A DNA stretch of 35,780 nucleotides. Source: a virus. Taxonomy: Duplodnaviria; Caudoviricetes. The DNA is taken from the IMG/VR virus record IMGVR_UViG_3300030372_002552, positions 1-35,780 of that record. The stretch is one strand, 5' to 3'. Of the stretch, positions 16,802-24,716 are shown piece after piece. A model generated the notes under the pieces. It made no database searches. It worked only from the letters and a program-made list of their open reading frames with translations, and was not told where the DNA came from. The stretch's first letter is position 1. Each line of letters begins with the position of its first letter. The position numbers were made by a program, and so were the translations under genes.

Positions 16802-17101
16802 TGCAAAAGTTATATTTTAAAAAGGGAATAGGCAAAATGGACATTGGTATTTTATATTTTCGCCTGTGGCTATAGCACACAGCAGGAGTTGCTATTACCC
16901 CCATACCCCTTCTATTATACATAATGTATGTTATATGCAGTATATATAATGATGTAAGTGTAGTATTATTAATCACTTATGTAATCCATAGTATACACAG
17001 TATCCATAGCTGTGCCATGATGTCTTACATTATGGCCATTGGAAAGCACTGTCTGTGGGTGTTGTTGTCCCATAATACCTACACCTAAAGTACCTATTCC
17101 C

Positions 17102-17307
17102 TTATCCATTTAGTGTATCCAAAGGTGTATTAGTTAGTTGTTTATAAAAGTTATCCACATTCCTATCCTATTTGTAATATCATATAGTATTTATCTTTAA
17201 TAGTATTCTTGTAGTATTATGTTTAAAGAATACTTTAAGGGTATCATAAAGTTATCTTTAAGGCTATTTAAATCTATTTGTAAGGCTGTTAATAGCATTG
17301 TGGATAA
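17102..17307. other. Putative replication origin with DnaA boxes and iterons
   Basis: Perfect DnaA boxes TTATCCACA (17151-17159) and TGTGGATAA (17299-17307). Three 22-23-bp imperfect repeats at 17224-17290. AT-rich non-coding context. Confidence 0.7.
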
Positions 17308-17574
17308 CTATTCTTCTTCATCTTTGTCATTTAATATCCTTTTACAAAATGTACAAACAACCCTGTTAAGTCCATAAGTAGGTAAATGGTCATATCTTCT
17401 CACTGTACCTGTATGTCCTATCTCCCAGACCTGTTCACAGTTAGGGCACAGCTTTAACCTTCTGGCCTCTTTTACATAGTGATTGCTTTGATACTTCTTC
17501 TTTACATGGTAAGGCTGGCCATACCTTACGTTCAGCTTATCTATAACCCATTGTATGCCTTCATCATCATTCAT
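17308..17574 (-). CDS. Zn-finger hypothetical protein
   Basis: CPNC...CTFC. Confidence 0.7.
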   Translation of the reverse strand: MNDDEGIQWVIDKLNVRYGQPYHVKKKYQSNHYVKEARRLKLCPNCEQVWEIGHTGTVRRYDHLPTYGLNRVVCTFCKRILNDKDEEE

Positions 17575-18061
17575 CCTTTAATGCCTTATGTATAAAGCCT
17601 GTAGATACTTCTGATTCACTGAGGTCTGGTGCTACCTCTCTACACCAATTAGCCAACAAAATAGCATCTGCTGTTTTAAGTGTTACTTTTTCTGTGGGAT
17701 ATAATGACTGTGCTAAGTGCTTTAAATGTGCTTTTCTTTTCTTCCTGTCCTTTGGCATAGCTCCATAGAACTTCATCCATGTCTGTGGAGGCACTTCCCT
17801 GTAAGGTACTTCATGTGCCGCTAATATACCAAGCCACTCGCCATAGTTCTTTCCAAATGTCCATACAGACCTGACTCCCTGCTTGGGCATAGAGTGCACC
17901 TTTTCAATGATGCAGAACATGTTTAAACAGTCCCATTTAGCCAGCTTAATAATATCTGACATATCCTTTACTGTGTCTGGACAGCCGTGCGTTTCTATAT
18001 GTCCATTATCTAAAATAGCTATGCCTCCATTAACACCAGCATCTATTCCAATGTGGATCAT
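17567..18061 (-). CDS. RuvC-like Holliday junction resolvase
   Basis: IGIDAGVNGGIA, IIEKVHSMP, TFGKNYG, PQTW and ADAILLA motifs. Confidence 0.85.
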   Translation of the reverse strand: MIHIGIDAGVNGGIAILDNGHIETHGCPDTVKDMSDIIKLAKWDCLNMFCIIEKVHSMPKQGVRSVWTFGKNYGEWLGILAAHEVPYREVPPQTWMKFYGAMPKDRKKRKAHLKHLAQSLYPTEKVTLKTADAILLANWCREVAPDLSESEVSTGFIHKALKDE

Positions 18062-18204
18062 GTACCCTCCTGTTTTTTTATTTCATAATTAATACCCTTA
18101 AAACCTCGTAAAGTAAATACCCAAGCATAAGCATGCTTTCCAGCATAATTTGCACTATATGAGGCGTTTTTGCCCCAAATAGACTTATTCTGTTTCTTTT
18201 TCAT
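18058..18204 (-). CDS. 48-aa basic hypothetical protein (not in ORF track)
   Basis: MKKKQNKSIWGKNASYSANYAGKHAYAWVFTLRGFKGINYEIKKQEGT; ATGA-coupled to the resolvase gene. Confidence 0.55.
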   Translation of the reverse strand: MKKKQNKSIWGKNASYSANYAGKHAYAWVFTLRGFKGINYEIKKQEGT

Positions 18205-18436
18205 ATTCCCTTAATCTCTGCACCTTCATTTTAATAGACATTGTTTCAGATGTTGTTCTAATCTGCATAATAGAAAAAAACAGCTCTCTTTTTCTAAGTT
18301 CAAGATCATAGCTGTTTAATTCTTCACTGTATTCCAGAAGATCCTCACATTCATCAGATACCTCATCATTCCACTCATCAATGCCAAACCAGTTTGGTAC
18401 TTTAACCGCTTTTATCTTCTTCTTCTTCTTCGTCAT
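18185..18436 (-). CDS. Hypothetical protein
   Basis: Likely start MTKKKKK at 18436 with GAGG upstream. Confidence 0.6.
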   Translation of the reverse strand: MTKKKKKIKAVKVPNWFGIDEWNDEVSDECEDLLEYSEELNSYDLELRKRELFFSIMQIRTTSETMSIKMKVQRLREYEKETE

Positions 18437-18527
18437 CGTAAACCTCGCAATGCTCTTTACAAGCACCGCATATATACGTTTCAATACTAATCCAGACAGG
18501 TGCATCGCAACAGTTACTCCTCTTCAT
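18402..18527 (-). CDS. 41-aa Cys-rich mini-protein (not in ORF track)
   Basis: MKRSNCCDAPVWISIETYICGACKEHCEVYDDEEEEEDKSG; SxCCxA...CxxCKEHC metal-binding motif; GAGG SD. Confidence 0.7.
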   Translation of the reverse strand: MKRSNCCDAPVWISIETYICGACKEHCEVYDDEEEEEDKSG

Positions 18528-18807
18528 TTTGCCCTCGTATATCGCCTTTCAGCCTTGGTACAAATATCCTTCGATGTGGATTGTAACTTATTTGTATGTA
18601 TTTGCATGCCTTTAATTTACTAATCCAGTTAGATACAGTTACGTCAGTCACATCATAACGCTTGGCGAACCACCCATTGCTCGCAAAACAAAAGCCATGC
18701 TTATTGGACAAAGCCTTTATTTCTCCGTACAAGAGCCGTGCACCAAGCGGCAGTCTGCCATCGTACCTTATTATGGCAGGAACTATGATGTAATAGTTGT
18801 TCTTCAA
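18514..18807 (-). CDS. Short replication-initiator-like winged-HTH protein
   Basis: YYIIVPAIIRYD..L...ARLLYGEI.ALS...GFCFASN.WFA..Y.V...TVS.WIS.L is typical of phage replisome-organiser N-termini; TTG start. Confidence 0.85.
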   Translation of the reverse strand: MKNNYYIIVPAIIRYDGRLPLGARLLYGEIKALSNKHGFCFASNGWFAKRYDVTDVTVSNWISKLKACKYIQISYNPHRRIFVPRLKGDIRGQNEEE

Positions 18808-18810
18808 CGA

Positions 18811-19752
18811 TTAAAATGGTAAATCGTCATCATCCAAATCATGCTTTTCAAACTCATCAGAAAGATTAGCGGATGATCCTTTACTTTGAGGTATTTCTTC
18901 AAACTCGTACTTAACCTCACCATTAGGCAACGTTTGCTCTGCAATCCATCGTTCCACATCAAGATTAAATTTACCTGATGGCATTGCCACCAAGTCTTTT
19001 ATCTTGCTCTTAGGAACCCAGTAAGGCTTTGTAGCCTCAAAGTCACCTGTGTCACCTTTAAAACTGCTTGGTATCAGTAAATATGATTTATCAGATTCTC
19101 TAACCTTGTTAAGATTTTTAATTCTGACGTATTCATTTTCTGGAGGCGTACCCTGCTTTAAATCAGACTTAGGCTTTAACTCTTGGCCCTCGCCACGATC
19201 TTCTGCCTGCTTTGCCAGCTTTTTGATCTTCTCTTGAGCCTCATTGACTTCGGTGGGAGGCTGGGACTCAGTGACTTGAGAAGATGTAGTTGTGAGCTCA
19301 CTGTTGTCCTGCTGTGCGGAACTGTCCCAGCCTATAGGTTTCCAATCTCTTTCAACATAACCATTGCTTAAATCGGCCCAGTATTGTTTCATTGAATATA
19401 AGTCACGACCAATACCATAATGAACTGCGGCTCTTTTAAATGCATCTGATACTTGGCCTTTCTCAGCATCTACCTCTGTTTCCATGCCACAATCAGCTTT
19501 GGTTGTACTGGACCCATCTGGCCATTTAATCGTGAGCCTGCAAAACAAATGATTCCCAACAACATCATATTCTGTTGACCAGTTCTCTTTGCCTACAGCC
19601 TCATCAAGCCTGTCCATTACAAACCTTGCATCCACATAAGCAAGCATACAGGCTTTTGTATTACTTTTATTTTTAAACCCTACCCTAAAGTTAATACGCT
19701 CTTTTGGTGTAGGTGCAGATAGTGCATCTATTACTTCTTTATTTTTTGACAT
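18811..19752 (-). CDS. Rad52/Sak-family single-strand annealing protein with C-terminal extension
   Basis: LAYVDARFVMDRLDEAVG..NW...KADCG...EKGQVSDAFKRAAVHYGIGRDLY; ends in DDDDLPF. Confidence 0.9.
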   Translation of the reverse strand: MSKNKEVIDALSAPTPKERINFRVGFKNKSNTKACMLAYVDARFVMDRLDEAVGKENWSTEYDVVGNHLFCRLTIKWPDGSSTTKADCGMETEVDAEKGQVSDAFKRAAVHYGIGRDLYSMKQYWADLSNGYVERDWKPIGWDSSAQQDNSELTTTSSQVTESQPPTEVNEAQEKIKKLAKQAEDRGEGQELKPKSDLKQGTPPENEYVRIKNLNKVRESDKSYLLIPSSFKGDTGDFEATKPYWVPKSKIKDLVAMPSGKFNLDVERWIAEQTLPNGEVKYEFEEIPQSKGSSANLSDEFEKHDLDDDDLPF

Positions 19753-19767
19753 TTTTATCCTTTTTAT

Positions 19768-20103
19768 TTATAAATCCAATAACCTTTGCCCATCATCATC
19801 AAGCAACCTTTCTTTTGCATCCTCAAGTTTTTTAATTACGTCAACAATGGCCGCTACACGGCTTTTGAGATCTGCAATGCTTGCATTTAACTCACTTCCT
19901 TTTCTGGCGTAATAAAAACCCCTTGGGCCACTTCCCACTGGATGACAATCAAGACGTAATTGCCTAATTGTCTGGCGTACTTCAACATCATTCATGTTAA
20001 ACTGCCGTTGTATTCTTTTACTGGTTATTGGAAATTCTTCACTACTATCTAATTTTAATAAGTTTAAAACTCGATCTTTGTAATAATCAGCCGTATCAGT
20101 CAT
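19768..20103 (-). CDS. Winged-HTH DNA-binding protein
   Basis: PITSKRI...DVEVRQTIRQLR...PVGSGPRGFYYA motif. Confidence 0.75.
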   Translation of the reverse strand: MTDTADYYKDRVLNLLKLDSSEEFPITSKRIQRQFNMNDVEVRQTIRQLRLDCHPVGSGPRGFYYARKGSELNASIADLKSRVAAIVDVIKKLEDAKERLLDDDGQRLLDL

Positions 20104-20284
20104 CTGATTGTAAATGCTGATCTATATATTCTTGCATAAAGTTTTTTAACACTTCATTGCCAGATTTATTATTCAGTTTACATACCGCTAAAAATTTTGA
20201 TCTCAGCACTTGATCAAGACCGATAATTTGAAATCTATGATCTTTTACTGTAGTGCTTGGATCAACTTTTATTTGCTTTTTCAT
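20096..20284 (-). CDS. Ribbon-helix-helix (Arc/ParG-like) regulator
   Basis: FQIIGLDQVLRSKFLAVCKLNNKSGNEVLKNFMQEYI fits the beta-alpha-alpha RHH pattern. Confidence 0.7.
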   Translation of the reverse strand: MKKQIKVDPSTTVKDHRFQIIGLDQVLRSKFLAVCKLNNKSGNEVLKNFMQEYIDQHLQSDD

Positions 20285-20292
20285 GTTGTTCC

Positions 20293-20481
20293 TTATGTTG
20301 TTAATATTATTATAATTACGACCAAAGTACCCACAAATATCATCCTATGATCGCCTCTCATTTCAAACTTTTGATCTATGATACTGTCAATAAAAATGTA
20401 CAGTAATGGTACACATACTGTAGTGATCAAAAGTGACAGCGACCAGATAAAGAAGTTTGCGATTATTTCATATATTTGCAT
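20293..20481 (-). CDS. Small two-TM membrane protein, probably leaderless
   Basis: Two hydrophobic segments; ATG lies 6 nt after TATAAT. Confidence 0.6.
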   Translation of the reverse strand: MQIYEIIANFFIWSLSLLITTVCVPLLYIFIDSIIDQKFEMRGDHRMIFVGTLVVIIIILTT

Positions 20482-20487
20482 GTACCT

Positions 20488-20516
20488 ATTATATTTATGT
20501 TATAATTATGATGCAA
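20488..20516 (-). promoter_or_regulatory. Sigma70-type promoter of the early/replication operon
   Basis: Minus strand reads TTGCAT-N17-TATAAT-AGGTAC-ATG. Confidence 0.8.
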
Positions 20517-20540
20517 GTTATATTTAACATAATTATTTAC

Positions 20541-20569
20541 TTGCTTTTAATTGTTATAAGTGTTAGATT
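20541..20569 (+). promoter_or_regulatory. Divergent promoter for the histone island
   Basis: TTGCTT-N17-TAGATT with TGn; contains TGTTATAAG-TGTTAGA. Confidence 0.65.
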
Positions 20570-20614
20570 ACTATGTAGTTGTTTTTTGATAATGATAAAA
20601 CACAAGGAGCCAAA

Positions 20615-20851
20615 ATGAGCGACATAGTGATGGAAGTCACTAAAGAGTACGCTGGCGATGGTGCTTTTTGTAATGGATGCCAAGAAAAAGGTAATGACTA
20701 TATGAGATTAGTTCATACCTTTTACTGTGTGAAGGTAAACATCATAAATGAGCACGGCACTTCTGAAATCTTTATGTGTGAAAGATGCATAAAGGGTGCA
20801 AAAAAAGAATCAGAAGAGCAAGGCATGTTCAGCGTAAAAGAAACAGGTTAA
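20615..20851 (+). CDS. Zn-finger hypothetical protein
   Basis: SD AAGGAG; CNGC...CERC. Confidence 0.7.
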   Translation: MSDIVMEVTKEYAGDGAFCNGCQEKGNDYMRLVHTFYCVKVNIINEHGTSEIFMCERCIKGAKKESEEQGMFSVKETG

Positions 20852-20860
20852 TGTAAAACA

Positions 20861-20895
20861 GGGAGGCAGTGCCAAACCAAAAGTCACTGCCTCCC
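20861..20895 (+). other. Perfect 11-bp GC-rich hairpin upstream of the histone gene
   Basis: GGGAGGCAGTG-13nt-CACTGCCTCCC. Confidence 0.7.
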
Positions 20896-20916
20896 AAAAT
20901 GGAGCGTAAAAAGTTA

Positions 20917-21225
20917 ATGTCTTACATCCAAAAAACAAAAATAAAAGCCCTTGTTCGAGATCAAGGATACAGGATAAGCCCTGAATCATTTGATGGCATA
21001 AATCGAGCTGTAGAGGGCTTAATAAAAGGCATGCTTGATAAGGTTGAGGCTGATGGTATGAAAACGCTTATGGTGCAACATACAGGCGTAAACAAAGCAC
21101 CAAGGCAATCATCAGGTAGCTGTAAAAAGTGTGTAAACATAAAACCAGAGTTTTTAAAGTTTGCCAGAAGTACACAAGTATGGTGTCACGATAAGGCTTA
21201 TAAACTCTCAAAAAACGTAAAGTAG
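20917..21225 (+). CDS. Histone-fold protein (bacterial/phage type) with C-terminal CxxC and helix
   Basis: YIQKTKIKALVRDQGYRISPESFDGINRAVEGLIKGMLDKVEADGMKTLM follows the bacterial histone pattern (K.K.L....G...S.E......A.E.L.......ADG.KT.M). Confidence 0.75.
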   Translation: MSYIQKTKIKALVRDQGYRISPESFDGINRAVEGLIKGMLDKVEADGMKTLMVQHTGVNKAPRQSSGSCKKCVNIKPEFLKFARSTQVWCHDKAYKLSKNVK

Positions 21226-21236
21226 AAATACTTTAA

Positions 21237-21297
21237 ATCATGCCCTTAGATAGCCAAACAGCAGGAGGGATTTTGCTCGGCTTTCTTTGGGCATGAT
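21237..21297 (+). terminator. Long interrupted hairpin between convergent genes
   Basis: ATCATGCCC/GGGCATGAT, AGCC/GGCT and GCAGGA/TTTTGC stems capped by a GGGA (GNRA) loop. Confidence 0.6.
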
Positions 21298-21300
21298 ATT

Positions 21301-22347
21301 TTACCAATGCTCTATAAGATCCATTTTAGTGCTCCAGACTTTATGGATCGTGTGACTGGAACTGAACGTATCACTGTCAACCCTGAATAATCCATAATCC
21401 CCATTATCTGTACTGTCTTTATTTATACTAAATAGGAATGGATTTCTTTGGCCTAAGACTTTATTATAAAATGAATTATGTAAATTTGTTGTATCATAAA
21501 ATTTACTATTGTCTGCGTTGCCCATATCCTCTGGCCAGATATTAGTATCTACAATATGACTAAACGATAGGCTATGCCTCATCCTTCCATAACGCTGTTT
21601 AAAAACCTTCGTATCTTGGTCTGGGCCTATTGCTGTATGCCAAGGCAATGTATGATCCCAAACAGGATTTCCCAAGTGTGTAGTATTTGCATACATGTTG
21701 CCGCCTAAAGATCTTTGTACTGTAGTCCCATCATATTCAATATCTGTACTTAATGACAAATCCATACTTGGAAAATCAAAGTATTCGCCAAACATAATAC
21801 TTCCTATTCTTGGATCTTTTAAAAAGTTTTGACCAGTTCCATTTTCGTCAGTAATAGTAATTCTTAAAAATTGATTATTGCTTTCCTGTGTAGGCCATGT
21901 GATTAGTGTCCATCCATCTTCTGCTGGATCTATTTCCCCAGCACTGTCATTAGCCGCCGCATTAACTACTTTAGTATGGTTGCCAGTAGTACTAATTGTT
22001 GTTGGCGATGAAAAGTTTGATGCATCATCAGTCTGTACTACAATCACAGCATCAGCCGCCGCAAAATTATGATTCATTATAGCTAAAAAATTACTTTCAG
22101 CTAAAGCATCTGTTGAGTTGCCTGTATTATACTGGATAATAAAAGACTGATTTTCTTTTTCAATCCTTGTAACGTTTTGAGGTCGTGCATCAAATATATC
22201 TGACTTGCTACCTTCTTGAAAAGTAACAGCAGTTGATCCGTCATCTTGTAACATTGAAATATCGCTTAATGATCTCCAGCCAGTTGCTAAATCAAAAGTA
22301 ATAAGGTCAACGTATGCCCTTGGTTGTGTAAATCTATTATAACTCAT
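21301..22347 (-). CDS. Tail tip / minor tail protein
   Basis: 348 aa, last gene of the tail operon, beta-rich. Confidence 0.65.
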   Translation of the reverse strand: MSYNRFTQPRAYVDLITFDLATGWRSLSDISMLQDDGSTAVTFQEGSKSDIFDARPQNVTRIEKENQSFIIQYNTGNSTDALAESNFLAIMNHNFAAADAVIVVQTDDASNFSSPTTISTTGNHTKVVNAAANDSAGEIDPAEDGWTLITWPTQESNNQFLRITITDENGTGQNFLKDPRIGSIMFGEYFDFPSMDLSLSTDIEYDGTTVQRSLGGNMYANTTHLGNPVWDHTLPWHTAIGPDQDTKVFKQRYGRMRHSLSFSHIVDTNIWPEDMGNADNSKFYDTTNLHNSFYNKVLGQRNPFLFSINKDSTDNGDYGLFRVDSDTFSSSHTIHKVWSTKMDLIEHW

Positions 22348-24716
22348 ATTTGCCTCGATTGAATTTTTAAACTTCCTAAACTCCTTTGCACGCTTGTAAC
22401 CATAAATGTTAAGCCAGACCAGCTTGCAGAATTATCGCCAAATGGAGTTTCAGGATACATATCAGAAAATGATATAATATCACCAGTGTCAATATTATAA
22501 TATTTAGGATTAACTATTGTAAAATCTACTAATAGTTTTATGTCTCCAAAAATTGCATCATAATAACTGTAAAAATCTTGATTAGGATTAGCGTTGCCCC
22601 CTGTTGTACTGGCAGACATAGATGGTGCAACATAAGCATCTAAATTTATTTCCACTATATTTTCAGGCGTTTTTATATTATACTTTTTTCTTAATGAGTT
22701 ATTACTTGATGTTACAGTAGAAACATAACGATCTTCCTCAACAGCAGGATGCTTTTCATAATTAACAGTAACCTTAGTAACTAAATTATTAAATGAGGAT
22801 GGCTTTACTGTCACTTTACTGATGTCTTGCTTTGTTAAAGTGTGTACAGCACTCATTGATTGTTTAATATATATATATTTTAACTTGTTCGTTGACGTTA
22901 GTTTAAAAATAAAACCACCCTCAAACTGCAACTGCTCAAGAATGTCTTTAATTAGTGCTGGCTTTAGTTTCCAATATCTAATTAGCCAATTTGTTTTTAC
23001 TGTGTTGAAATCTGACCAGTCCTCACCTGAAAAGTTTGTTTGTATATCTCCATCAGTTGCATCTATACCTGCAAAGCTATTTAAAATTTCTCTATGAGCT
23101 TCATGTATTTTAGTAACTGCACCACTGCCTCCATTATAAGTTTTTGGCAGTCCATCGTTCCCACAATAAACATGCTTAACATCTCCACGCTCTTTACCGC
23201 TTGAGTGAGGTTCATCTTCTGGTGCTTGGGTACTTGCCTGATAATAGGCATTAAATATTGTAGCATCATATTTTTGACTTCCTCCTCTACTTGCACCAAT
23301 ACTAATATTTCCTAATGGATTATTTTGAGATTCTAATTGAGAACTTGAAAAACCTCCTCCATCATAAGCAGTACCACTACCATCAATGTCTGTAGATCCT
23401 GACAGCGTATGCGTTGTCCCTGCCGTATTTGAACTAAAAATAGTTGCAGAGCCACTGCTACTGGTATTATCAACTCCTTTTATTTTTGCTAATATACTTG
23501 CAGTTTGCTCAGAGGCTCCATCTGTAACATCTATGCTTAATGTTCCTCTTACAAAAACAGTAAAACTTGTAACCTTGCCTCCAAATTCTAAAATATTAAA
23601 AGCCATAAAGTTTGTTCCATCAGACTCATCTGGCAGTGATGCAGAATTACTATCATCCGTTAAAACATTAGCACCATTATTCCAGTTAGTAGATGAAATA
23701 AAAGATGTTGGAAACAATCTAAATGTTCTTTCTAATTCTGGATTAACACCAATAGCGTTAATACTGTATTTAGTTTCTGTGCTTGAGTTTGCTGTTAATA
23801 CTGGAAATAAATCGGATGTTTTATCATAAAAATTTAAAACAACACTTCCATCAGTTATGGCTTTATGCATTGCAAAATATATTTTGCCCCCATCTCCTTG
23901 TATTACTGGAATTGGAAATGATTTTATTCTTTCTGTTTTTGTACTTGTAGTATTACCATCATAGTCTCCATAAGAAATCGGTGCATATACATTTTGAGGA
24001 GCATCAGATTTAGATTGTGGTGCAGTTATTAAATCCCAAGGTTGCCTTGATGTTAATGATAAATTTATTTTATTACCATCTGTGCTAATATTTGTTAGTC
24101 TAAAAGATCCAATTTGCACTTCGTCATCTTGATTTATTTTACAAAAAATCTTTACTTCGTGATTTATATAGTTCCGTGTGCCTCCATATAACTCCCTTGA
24201 TACTGGTGCACCTTCATAATCAAAATCTGGTATTTGTATAGATATGTTTCCTGTTTTTGCTGTGGATTTTTGCAGATCAATACTTTCTCTTAATGTAGGC
24301 CTATTTAATATCACACCTTTATAATATTTAGTCTCATAAATAGCATCTGCAAAAGCCATAGGAAAATAATTATACCAAAATATTTGTGTATTATCAGAAT
24401 GGGTTGCTTTTGTAGTTCCTAACTGTGCACGAGTTACAGCTAAAGTATCAGAATCTGTAATGCCAGTAATTTTTAATATTTCGTTGTCAATTTTTATAAA
24501 ATCACCAACAACAAAAACTGTGGTATCATCCACATTAATAGAAGTTGCACTTGCATTAGTTATAGCACCTTTAAGTAAATTAGCAGAGCCACTTGCTTGC
24601 GTTACAGCACTAAAACCACCATCGCCATTACCTTGTGCATCTCCATTGTAAAAACCAAATTGAAAGAGCCAATTTTCTGTTATATTGCCAAGGCCTATAC
24701 TGTCGCCGTATGTCAT
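22344..24716 (-). CDS. Tail tip / baseplate hub-like protein
   Basis: 790 aa, directly after the tape measure gene; includes an IKIDNEIL...VTRAQLGT..ATH module. Confidence 0.7.
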   Translation of the reverse strand: MTYGDSIGLGNITENWLFQFGFYNGDAQGNGDGGFSAVTQASGSANLLKGAITNASATSINVDDTTVFVVGDFIKIDNEILKITGITDSDTLAVTRAQLGTTKATHSDNTQIFWYNYFPMAFADAIYETKYYKGVILNRPTLRESIDLQKSTAKTGNISIQIPDFDYEGAPVSRELYGGTRNYINHEVKIFCKINQDDEVQIGSFRLTNISTDGNKINLSLTSRQPWDLITAPQSKSDAPQNVYAPISYGDYDGNTTSTKTERIKSFPIPVIQGDGGKIYFAMHKAITDGSVVLNFYDKTSDLFPVLTANSSTETKYSINAIGVNPELERTFRLFPTSFISSTNWNNGANVLTDDSNSASLPDESDGTNFMAFNILEFGGKVTSFTVFVRGTLSIDVTDGASEQTASILAKIKGVDNTSSSGSATIFSSNTAGTTHTLSGSTDIDGSGTAYDGGGFSSSQLESQNNPLGNISIGASRGGSQKYDATIFNAYYQASTQAPEDEPHSSGKERGDVKHVYCGNDGLPKTYNGGSGAVTKIHEAHREILNSFAGIDATDGDIQTNFSGEDWSDFNTVKTNWLIRYWKLKPALIKDILEQLQFEGGFIFKLTSTNKLKYIYIKQSMSAVHTLTKQDISKVTVKPSSFNNLVTKVTVNYEKHPAVEEDRYVSTVTSSNNSLRKKYNIKTPENIVEINLDAYVAPSMSASTTGGNANPNQDFYSYYDAIFGDIKLLVDFTIVNPKYYNIDTGDIISFSDMYPETPFGDNSASWSGLTFMVTSVQRSLGSLKIQSRQI

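Noticed and set aside
18150-18161. TTGCACTATATG, identical to the start of promoter P1
   Set aside because: No -10 element or conserved 15-mer follows, and it lies within a minus-strand mini-ORF.
20096-20851. Lysogeny switch (cI/cro) at the divergent promoters
   Set aside because: No CI-like repressor, integrase or partition ATPase is recognisable; lifestyle remains undetermined.
20869-20916. N-terminal extension of the histone ORF given by the track (GTG 20869)
   Set aside because: This GTG is buried in a perfect hairpin, and the histone similarity begins at ATG 20917.
21237-21297. SRP RNA domain IV
   Set aside because: It has a GNRA loop but lacks the conserved CAGG/AGCA symmetric loop arrangement.
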